A stretch of DNA of 64,000 nucleotides. Source: Giardia intestinalis. Lineage: Eukaryota. The DNA is taken from assembly GCA_000002435.2 (NCBI GenBank), contig CM018792.1. One strand, 5' to 3'. The notes beneath the pieces were generated by a model. It did no database searches and was not told the DNA's origin. It saw only the letters and a program-made list of their open reading frames with translations. The position numbers were made by a program, and so were the translations under genes. Position 1 is the stretch's first letter. Each line of letters opens with the position of its first letter. Below are positions 56,682 through 64,000 of this stretch, in pieces.

Positions 56682-59600
56682 ATGGCGGTGAGTGACACGT
56701 TTGAGGTTCCCAGCGGCTACGATGACCTCATCCATGTATATGGCGACAACTACTGTAATCTGTACGACGCCCTAGACACAGCCTCCAGCAAGCGAAAGCG
56801 GAAGTTTTTGCTTGAGATATTTCTATCACGAGTTGATCCGGAGATCAAGCAGAGCATCAGTCCCACCGCTACGGCTTTGATGCGTATCAATAATCAGCAT
56901 ATCCTGCGTCTCTATGACGTTTATACGGAAATCCCCAACAAGATATTTGTGACACACGAATACGCTCGAAACGGCCGGCTAATCGACTACTTGGATCATT
57001 GTTACGATATGCACAAGCATCCTGAGGAGGACACCGTCTGGAAGGTCGCTGCTGTGGTGGCCAACGCCCTTACGTCATCAAATCTCAAGAAGAAGAATGA
57101 TACAAGCGAATTTATTCATGGGCATCTGTGTCCAGCGGCTTTATTTATTACACACGAGGGCCAGGTGAAACTGGGTCACCTGGAGTACTTTAGACTCATT
57201 GGAAAAGCATCCTGCACGTTACCTATAGAGAATACTTCCCTTTACGCTGCACCAGAGACAGTTCTCCGCAAAGAATTTACCTCAAAAAGCGACGCGTGGA
57301 GCCTTGGCTGTATTCTCTATGAGCTCTGCTGTCTTGATCCAGCAATCAACCTATCTGTAGATGACGATGCAGCCAAATATTTTGCCACAGATCCCAAGGT
57401 AACGCTAGACACATCGCGGTATTCAGATGAGCTTGTGACAGTTATTCGCAAGCTGCTTGTTGTTTGTCCAGAAAAACGTATAAGTATTTCAGAGCTTGTC
57501 CTTCACCCACGGATATCAGCTGCCTTTAAATGCCTGCAGGATAACAACTTCGTTGTTTTGCCTGGATATAAGTACGTACCGCGAAGTACGCCTACGAAAC
57601 TAAGTGCAACCAATTCTCCCATAGCAGGGGTTCCCACAAAAGTTTCCATCTCCCCCAAAACGGCGCAGAAGCCACAGACTACTGTAGTTCCTACGACAAG
57701 CGCTGCCTTCCCCGTCGTTGGAAATTTATCTACTCCAACGATACCTGGGCCCGTCAAACCTGCTCCGGCTGCTGCCAAAGTGACACCGTCAGTTATTCCA
57801 CCGCCCCCACCTGCTGTGTTTCTCCCACATGCATCTACCGCACCTCCTGCTCCGGCCTCAATTTCGGCTCCTACTTCCGCCCAAGTGCCATCTATACCAT
57901 CTGTCCCGTCTGTCCCCCAAACAAAATCAAGCTATTTGGCCAGTTCTTCATCTACTTTTAAGACCACAACTAATCCCCAGGTTGAGTCCCCTCCGGCAGT
58001 CCCTGCACCGGTGCCGGCCCCGGCTCCGCCGGTTCAGTCGACCCAGCCCAAACTTCCTCGAGAGCCAACATACACCAATCTCATGCAGTGCGTAATTAAC
58101 AACAACATGACAGAGGCAGCTAAGTACTTAGATCAACGTGGCCAGACGACCGAAGAAGGAATAACGGCTCTTATGTTGGCTGCGGAACGAGGATTGACTG
58201 ATTTCATGAAGATATTGAGTAGCGAGATTCGGCAACGAGCGATTCCTAAGCAGGGTTGGGACATTAAGGATAGGTGGTACGCTGGCGCTTCTGCACTGCA
58301 CTTTGCCGCACATGGAAATCAGAAGGCGGTGATAGGAATGCTAATTGACGTAGAAGCAGATATGTGCACAGATCACGGGTATAACGCATTAATGGTGGCC
58401 GCTATGGCCAACAGCCTCGATTGCGTTCCACTCCTCGTAGAAAAACTCTCCGGGAAGACCATCAGTTTCGGTAGAGAAAAAGGGAAAACAGCGCTTATGA
58501 TAGCAGCAGAGAGTGGTCATGCCCAGGTCTGTCAACTCCTTCTCAAATTGGAGGGGTCCATGGCCTTGGACTACGATAATAAAACGGCCCTCATGTACGC
58601 AGCAGAGAACGGTCATGTGGCAGCAGTGAAGATCCTCAAGCGCAGAGAGGTCCGTCTTACTCTCAATGACAATGGAATCCTTCCAGGGGGAAGCGCGATG
58701 ATGCTTGCTGTGCTAACACGAAACGACGATGTTGTCTCCATACTGGTTGAGAATGAAGGAGGAATATTCACGAGTTCTGCGTTACCAGAGCTTAGTCCAT
58801 ACTTTGAGAAGGATATTCAGTGTCTTGTTAGACCGTTTACCGGAAAGAGCAGTTCAACAGAGGTTTCTGTCTTCAGCGACAAGGAGGCATATCGGTATAA
58901 GTTGCTTAAGAACATCTACACTATCCGGGCGGTATCTGCTATGATGCTTGCAGCACAATTAAACCTCCGAGATCTAGTCATTAAGCTGCACCGTCGGGAA
59001 GCTGGTCTGAGGCGGCCTGTGGATAAGTTAACCGCCTATGATATCATTTCGAAAGTGTACATTAATCAAAGTGTGTATGAATTAATCGATCCAAGGGTCT
59101 TTAATGCAGCGCGCCCAGACCTCACAGTGAAGGACTACCATCCTACTATGCAATTCCTTAAGTTGGAGCTCAGTGTTACGCGAGATGAGTCTCTTAACAC
59201 GGAACTTATTTTAGCAGCAGAAGCAAATGACATCGAGGCCATGAAGGCCAACCTGGTCCAGGCAGGGCTTCAGAACAACCGCGGTAAAACAGCCTTAATG
59301 GCAGCAGCAGAAAAGGGACACCTTTCCTGCGCCTCGCTGGTCATCAACAAAGAGGCAAAGATGCAGAACTCCTCTGGCTGGACAGCACTCATGATAGCAA
59401 GTATGTTTGGTAAGGTGGAGGTAGCCAAGCATCTTGTCAGCCTCGAGATAGGCATGGTCACGGTTGATGGCTGGACAGCGCTAATGGGTGCCGCTTACTC
59501 CAACAGCCCTGAGCTTGTCCAGCTTCTTCTCAAAGAGGAGGCTGGCAAGGCCACCAATGCCATGTATTATGATGGAGCAGGATGGACTGCTCTTCTTCTG

Positions 59601-59774
59601 GCTGCGAAGAGAAACAATCTTGAGTGCGTCAAGTTTCTGATTCAGCACGAGATGACCATGCGGCTGCCACCGAGTGACGGTCACCCGAAAGGTCGTACGG
59701 TTCTGGACGTATCTGGAGCCAAGATTAAGGATTGGGTTATAGCCTATGTCCGTGAGCACGTATCCAAGAGGTAA
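56682..59774 (+). CDS. NEK-like pseudokinase fused to Pro-rich linker and ankyrin repeats (1030 aa)
   Basis: Kinase subdomains VIII/IX present (SLYAAPETV...SDAWSLGCILYEL). The catalytic-loop position reads IHGHLCPAALFI, with no HRD. Then a P/A/V-rich linker (PSIPSVPSVPQ, PAVPAPVPAPAPP). Then >10 ankyrin units (GITALMLAAERG, KTALMIAAESGH, KTALMAAAEKGH...). Confidence 0.75.
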   Translation: MAVSDTFEVPSGYDDLIHVYGDNYCNLYDALDTASSKRKRKFLLEIFLSRVDPEIKQSISPTATALMRINNQHILRLYDVYTEIPNKIFVTHEYARNGRLIDYLDHCYDMHKHPEEDTVWKVAAVVANALTSSNLKKKNDTSEFIHGHLCPAALFITHEGQVKLGHLEYFRLIGKASCTLPIENTSLYAAPETVLRKEFTSKSDAWSLGCILYELCCLDPAINLSVDDDAAKYFATDPKVTLDTSRYSDELVTVIRKLLVVCPEKRISISELVLHPRISAAFKCLQDNNFVVLPGYKYVPRSTPTKLSATNSPIAGVPTKVSISPKTAQKPQTTVVPTTSAAFPVVGNLSTPTIPGPVKPAPAAAKVTPSVIPPPPPAVFLPHASTAPPAPASISAPTSAQVPSIPSVPSVPQTKSSYLASSSSTFKTTTNPQVESPPAVPAPVPAPAPPVQSTQPKLPREPTYTNLMQCVINNNMTEAAKYLDQRGQTTEEGITALMLAAERGLTDFMKILSSEIRQRAIPKQGWDIKDRWYAGASALHFAAHGNQKAVIGMLIDVEADMCTDHGYNALMVAAMANSLDCVPLLVEKLSGKTISFGREKGKTALMIAAESGHAQVCQLLLKLEGSMALDYDNKTALMYAAENGHVAAVKILKRREVRLTLNDNGILPGGSAMMLAVLTRNDDVVSILVENEGGIFTSSALPELSPYFEKDIQCLVRPFTGKSSSTEVSVFSDKEAYRYKLLKNIYTIRAVSAMMLAAQLNLRDLVIKLHRREAGLRRPVDKLTAYDIISKVYINQSVYELIDPRVFNAARPDLTVKDYHPTMQFLKLELSVTRDESLNTELILAAEANDIEAMKANLVQAGLQNNRGKTALMAAAEKGHLSCASLVINKEAKMQNSSGWTALMIASMFGKVEVAKHLVSLEIGMVTVDGWTALMGAAYSNSPELVQLLLKEEAGKATNAMYYDGAGWTALLLAAKRNNLECVKFLIQHEMTMRLPPSDGHPKGRTVLDVSGAKIKDWVIAYVREHVSKR

Positions 59775-59832
59775 ATTAGCATCTACGTGCTCATTCTTTA
59801 TTCTCCATCCTTGGTGTCCAGAAAAAGAAAAG

Positions 59833-60171
59833 ATGGATCTCGGCGGGGACGCAGAAAAAGCAATTAATCATGCTTTGGAGAGAGCAGGGTATATGGAGTA
59901 TCAGCTGCTGGAGGCCCGCGTCCTCCGGAAGTTACAGGAAGAAATGGAGGAGCTTCTCTCGTCTCGGGACAGTGCGTTATCAGAAATACGTGCTCACCGC
60001 CAAAGCATCCAGCAGATGGTGGAAGAACTAGCATGCCTTGATAAAAAGCTCAGCAAAGAAGCCGACTCCATCTGTACACACTTCGATACATGCGTTGCAG
60101 AGCTTCGACTAAAGTATACAAACCATTTACGACGAGAGAAGGCACGCCTAAAATCCGTTAGTTATAACTAG
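59833..60171 (+). CDS. Small coiled-coil hypothetical protein (112 aa from second ATG)
   Basis: The track ORF starts at ATG 59746, which overlaps the previous gene. An internal ATG at 59833 has a textbook A-rich initiator (ccagaaaaagaaaagATGgat). Heptad-rich sequence LRKLQEEMEELLSSRDSALSEIRAHRQSIQQMVEEL. Confidence 0.45.
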   Translation: MDLGGDAEKAINHALERAGYMEYQLLEARVLRKLQEEMEELLSSRDSALSEIRAHRQSIQQMVEELACLDKKLSKEADSICTHFDTCVAELRLKYTNHLRREKARLKSVSYN

Positions 60172-60208
60172 CGCTTGCCAAGGTACAAAGCAAATCGTCC
60201 AGCTGCAT

Positions 60209-61804
60209 TTACTGCTCGCCATGTTTCTTATTCTCCTTGTACATTGCCAATTCTTTTTGCCGTTCCCTCAACCGATGCTCAAGTGTGCCGTCAAATGGTC
60301 TGTTTGTGATTCGGCGATACTTTTCTAGCTTAAACAGCGATAACCCGCCCTCTATATAAACTTCGCATAGGTCTGTGATCTTATGTGTCATTGTTATGCC
60401 AACGAGGGGGTGGTCACACGCACGAGGTGGCCCGCCACTGGACACCGATTGACATGTTCTGGCTTCTGAGAGCAAGCTTAATGCAACACCATATACTCTG
60501 GCCCTGGCTAGGGCCTTGGATTGCAGAAATCTAATATTTTTAGTAAGAAACCGATAGGAAGGGCCTGACAGGTAAAACTTGGGCAATCGTGTTGAGGTAT
60601 ACTCTGCCCTCTCAAAAAGCAACAATTCCCCTGGTGCTATTGGGTAGTCTGGCTTTCCAGGAAACTGCTCAACATTCAGAAGGTCAGAGATGAGGGATGG
60701 GGGTTCTAATTCAGCGCCTATATGCAGGAGCAAGCTAGCAATACATCGAATCTGGTGGTATAAGAAAGCAGATCCGCACACCACCAGAGATAGAGTGCTA
60801 TTTTCTTTCATAGCCATCCTATCATTCTCACAGTCGTAGGGTTGGCCATCAATCTCTAAGAAACAAGAAAAAATCACTCGCTCAAATGTCTTTATGCTAT
60901 CCAGCGACGGTTTGCAGATATTTCTAAAGTCATGAAAGCCCACCAACTTTGTGCACGCCTCTGCCATTCGTCGAATGTTGAGTGATCCTACTTCCCCGAA
61001 CATGTAAACGTAACGTCGCGAAGACGTAGAATGCCGGGCTGAAAAATTCTCATCAACTGGTGCCCAGCCAAGGACCCGTATTGTTTCTGGAAGACGCATG
61101 TTAATGGCTGAGACGTAGTCTATCTCCTGCTCTTGAGGAACTTGCTTAAGCTCAGGCTCCTTCTCAGCATTCACAAGATCTCCATCTGCCCCTCTGTCGT
61201 CAGTCGCGCTATCACTGGGCTTTGCGGGTGGTGTCAGTCCATCGCGCCGGTCGCGATAAAAGCGGGGATCGGGTGCCGGTATTGGCTGCGGCCCCATACC
61301 CTTGTTGTTTGTCCTTACATAGAAGCTGAACACCTGCCCTGCTGCGCTCACACCCCTATCTGTTCGGCCGGATCTTTCAAAGTGGACGTCACTGGCTTCT
61401 GCGTGTTGCGGTATCAGTGCTGCGCCACGCAACGCATTTAAAAGCAGTTCCTCGATGGTGTATTCCCTATTAGGTTGCTGAGCAAGTCCTGCGTACTCTG
61501 TTCCATCATAGCATACTTGAATGGCTATGTGACGCAGCGGAATGGTTGACCAGTCCATCAGAGAGCGAGAGCTGGGCTTACCGAGCTTCTTGGTCTCCTT
61601 TGCAAAACACGTCTCTATTTGTTCGTCTGTCAGCACAGCTAGCATCTGCTGAATGTGCCGCAGCAGCTCGGCCCGTGGGAGATTGTAGAAATACGCTATG
61701 TCCACTCTTCCCATTTTAAAACAACATTCCAAACGTTCAGGAAAACAATCCACTAATTTATGTAAGAAGCACATGCGCAGGTGCAGCAGACTAAGAGTAA
61801 TCAT
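60209..61804 (-). CDS. tRNA pseudouridine synthase, TruA family (Pus3/Deg1-like)
   Basis: HIAIQVCYDGTEYAGLAQQ...ERSGRTDRGVSAAGQVFSF (catalytic-Asp RTDxGV motif) and FHDFRNICK (like FHNFRNF). ATG at 61804. An internal ATG at 61714 (tgttgttttaaaATGgga) has the better AT-rich context and may be the true start. Confidence 0.8.
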   Translation of the reverse strand: MITLSLLHLRMCFLHKLVDCFPERLECCFKMGRVDIAYFYNLPRAELLRHIQQMLAVLTDEQIETCFAKETKKLGKPSSRSLMDWSTIPLRHIAIQVCYDGTEYAGLAQQPNREYTIEELLLNALRGAALIPQHAEASDVHFERSGRTDRGVSAAGQVFSFYVRTNNKGMGPQPIPAPDPRFYRDRRDGLTPPAKPSDSATDDRGADGDLVNAEKEPELKQVPQEQEIDYVSAINMRLPETIRVLGWAPVDENFSARHSTSSRRYVYMFGEVGSLNIRRMAEACTKLVGFHDFRNICKPSLDSIKTFERVIFSCFLEIDGQPYDCENDRMAMKENSTLSLVVCGSAFLYHQIRCIASLLLHIGAELEPPSLISDLLNVEQFPGKPDYPIAPGELLLFERAEYTSTRLPKFYLSGPSYRFLTKNIRFLQSKALARARVYGVALSLLSEARTCQSVSSGGPPRACDHPLVGITMTHKITDLCEVYIEGGLSLFKLEKYRRITNRPFDGTLEHRLRERQKELAMYKENKKHGEQ

Positions 61805-61853
61805 CTATGAGTCTATAATCCAACCTGCTCTGCTTTCCTTTTAGCTCTGTATG

Positions 61854-63935
61854 CTATTTCCGGCTGGTGACATGTTCAATATTATCCATATGTGCCTTGA
61901 CAACATTTATTATTTCCTGCGACTTGGTGCTTTTAGCTATGTCTATAACATCCTTTTCTTTAAATGTTTTAATGTTACTTTCGTACGGAAGCAGTACCTT
62001 CACACAGTCAATTGCCTTGGCCTCTATGGCATACATAAGAGCACTGTGTCCGGTATCATCCACCAACTGCTTCTCGTACGGTAATAGGATCTCTACTATT
62101 CTGACATTGTTGGCTGTGGCAGCATACATTAGCGCTGTGGCCTGCGTCGCTGACCGAGTCCCTGCTTGATTGATGTACTTATGTACGGCATCTACATCAT
62201 TGATAAATGCTCCCCACATGAGATCTGTTATCTGAGATATATCCTTTTCGTATTTATATAGCATAGTTGCAGCCTCAAGACAGTTCTCTTGCATACTTAG
62301 TGCGAGAGCACTATACCCTTTATGCGAGATCATCATCTTCTCCTCCTCTAGCAGAAGTCTGACACAGTCGATACTCTTGTTGCCAGCCGCACACATAAGT
62401 GCGCTGCTACCGTCATTAGAGACGAGGCCAGATTCGTAGGGCAGGAGAAGCTTAACGCAGTCCTGATGGCCCTCAATGGCTGCATACATGAGCGCTGTGT
62501 CTCCGTTGCTGGCCACTTTTCCTGCCTCATAGGGGATCAGAAGCTTCACTAGTTCTACAAAGCCCAGTGAGGCAGCAACCATCAGGCACGTCCTTTCGTT
62601 ATACCTCACACAGTTTATTTCTGGAAGCAGTAACTGCGCAGCCTCGATGTTGTTTTCAGTTATTGCATACAAAAGAGCAGTGTACCCCATTGTATTAACG
62701 TATCCGAGCTCGCACAACAGCAGCTTTACAGCTTCTTGGTTGCGCACGTAGACAGCTTTTTGAAGGGGGCTCCAGAGGTCTGTGCAGTGATTGGCTTGAT
62801 AGAGGTATTTTCTTACACCGTCGTTATCAAAATCCTCAACAGCTTCCAATAAGGGACTGGAGCACTGCGAGTAATTAGATATTTGTCGTCGCTTCACAAA
62901 GATAGGCAGTTTCTTAAGAGACAAATACTCCACAATTCGAAGAATCGCCTCGGAGCTTCCATGCTCTATGGCGACGTCGAGAATGCTTAGGTCATTAGAA
63001 AAGGTCATGATAGCCTCATAGTCCAAGAGCTGCTCCATTAACCCTAGGTTGTTGGTCTTGATGGCATGTGCTATTGCAAAGAGGCCCCCGACACAATTTA
63101 GTCCTGCCTCCAGCCTGATTAGGTCCTTATAAATTAGAGGATCGTCTGCATGGCCTGCTATAGCGGCATACATCAGTGCAGTTAGTCCGTGGATATCCCT
63201 TTTCCGAGCATCTCCTATGTGCTGCACCAATCCTGGTGCGTCCCCCGTAGCAGCCGCAATCATGAGCGGAGTGATACCATCACGTATCCTATTAGATCTA
63301 CGCACTACATCTAATATGTACGTGTTACCAGATATTGCTGCAAAGAATAGGGGAGACGGCCTGGGCCATGACCCTATAACAAATCTCTTGCAAATAAACT
63401 CGACAACTTCTTGCTTATACGCTTTGATAGCTGATATGAGGATAAGGTCAGCATATGCAGTGAATCTTTTCGGGTAAGCTGTTGCGAAGTATTTTACACA
63501 CTCAAGATGGCCGTGCTCTGCCGCTGCAATGATGATGTTTGCTGAAATGTTTTTAGTACGCCCACAGATGGACAAGAGTATCCTCAAAAAATCCAGGTGC
63601 CCTGCCTTCGCTGCCTCGATCAGAGCCATTCTGATCCTGTCCATAGAGATAACAGAAGTGATCGGCTTAGGAACTATCTCGAGAAAGAGGTTCAGATGCT
63701 GCAGAAAATTGTACCTAGCTGCTATCACAAGAGGATCTGCCCACGTAGGGTAATCGGGCATATCTATAAATTCATTGGCTATGAGCTCTGCTGCCTTGAG
63801 ATGCCCGAACATGGTAGCCAGCGACAGTGCAGTGAACCTATTTGCGTCGCGGGCATTGATGTAGTCCATAGAACGCAGCATTCCTGGAATATCATCCTTA
63901 ATGGCAGAGGCCATTAAGTGAGTCACACCAGCCAT
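61854..63935 (-). CDS. Ankyrin-repeat protein (Giardia 'protein 21.1' family), 693 aa
   Basis: ATG at 63935. About 15 ankyrin units with TALMYAA..GH / CV.LLLPYE periodicity. Confidence 0.85.
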   Translation of the reverse strand: MAGVTHLMASAIKDDIPGMLRSMDYINARDANRFTALSLATMFGHLKAAELIANEFIDMPDYPTWADPLVIAARYNFLQHLNLFLEIVPKPITSVISMDRIRMALIEAAKAGHLDFLRILLSICGRTKNISANIIIAAAEHGHLECVKYFATAYPKRFTAYADLILISAIKAYKQEVVEFICKRFVIGSWPRPSPLFFAAISGNTYILDVVRRSNRIRDGITPLMIAAATGDAPGLVQHIGDARKRDIHGLTALMYAAIAGHADDPLIYKDLIRLEAGLNCVGGLFAIAHAIKTNNLGLMEQLLDYEAIMTFSNDLSILDVAIEHGSSEAILRIVEYLSLKKLPIFVKRRQISNYSQCSSPLLEAVEDFDNDGVRKYLYQANHCTDLWSPLQKAVYVRNQEAVKLLLCELGYVNTMGYTALLYAITENNIEAAQLLLPEINCVRYNERTCLMVAASLGFVELVKLLIPYEAGKVASNGDTALMYAAIEGHQDCVKLLLPYESGLVSNDGSSALMCAAGNKSIDCVRLLLEEEKMMISHKGYSALALSMQENCLEAATMLYKYEKDISQITDLMWGAFINDVDAVHKYINQAGTRSATQATALMYAATANNVRIVEILLPYEKQLVDDTGHSALMYAIEAKAIDCVKVLLPYESNIKTFKEKDVIDIAKSTKSQEIINVVKAHMDNIEHVTSRK

Positions 63936-64000
63936 TCCTATCTCCTTGTCGATGAGTAGGAGGATAGTGCTCCGCTGATGATTGCTAATTGCTAGGGTCA

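Noticed and set aside
59746-59832. Upstream ATG (59746) of the small coiled-coil gene, giving a 29-bp overlap with the preceding NEK-like gene
   Set aside because: The internal ATG at 59833 has a far better A-rich initiator and removes the overlap. The longer form cannot be excluded, so it is kept as an alternative.
1-64000. Prokaryotic-style interpretation (operons, defence islands, CRISPR arrays, IS elements)
   Set aside because: ORF lengths (up to 6.3 kb), absence of Shine-Dalgarno-like spacing, and eukaryote-specific families (kinesin, DHHC, ankyrin/NEK, Giardia VSP CRGKA tails, AGTRAAY poly(A) signals) place this in a diplomonad nuclear genome. No direct-repeat/spacer arrays or transposase-like ORFs were seen.

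Overview
This window reads as a dense eukaryotic nuclear segment, almost certainly from Giardia (diplomonad). The decisive evidence is two cysteine-rich surface-protein genes that end in the invariant Giardia VSP tail ...GGLSTGAIAGISVA..VVGGLVGFLCWWF.CRGKA*. Supporting evidence: AGTRAAY-type polyadenylation signals a few nt past stop codons; very short AT-rich sequence directly abutting start codons; long intronless ORFs on both strands with intergenic gaps of 16-400 bp; and repeated ankyrin/NEK-like proteins. I support about 35 protein-coding genes. Recognisable products: ankyrin-repeat 'protein 21.1'-type proteins (x4, two fused to degenerate NEK-like pseudokinase domains), a POP1-like RNase P/MRP subunit, an IQ-motif protein, a fused NDP-forming acyl-CoA synthetase with beta-then-alpha domain order, a MutL homolog of PMS type, a kinesin, an intact VSP followed by a 5'-truncated VSP copy, a high-cysteine membrane protein (HCMP), a TtcA/Ctu1-family tRNA thiolase homolog with a degenerate PP-loop, a GPI ethanolamine-phosphate transferase-like protein, a DHHC palmitoyltransferase, a METTL2/6-like methyltransferase, a TruA/Pus3-type pseudouridine synthase, and several large hypothetical proteins. 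No rRNA, tRNA, CRISPR or transposon could be supported. Non-coding items: a 10-bp-phased CTATCAC repeat between the two VSPs; a 22-bp perfect palindrome in a 760-bp divergent VSP/HCMP intergenic region; a TTGACAA heptamer array filling one intergenic region; and a GC-rich block (~37.1-45.1 kb) containing the VSP/HCMP/TtcA-like genes. Several ORF-track entries begin at GTG/TTG/CTG; I re-anchored those to the first in-frame ATG.
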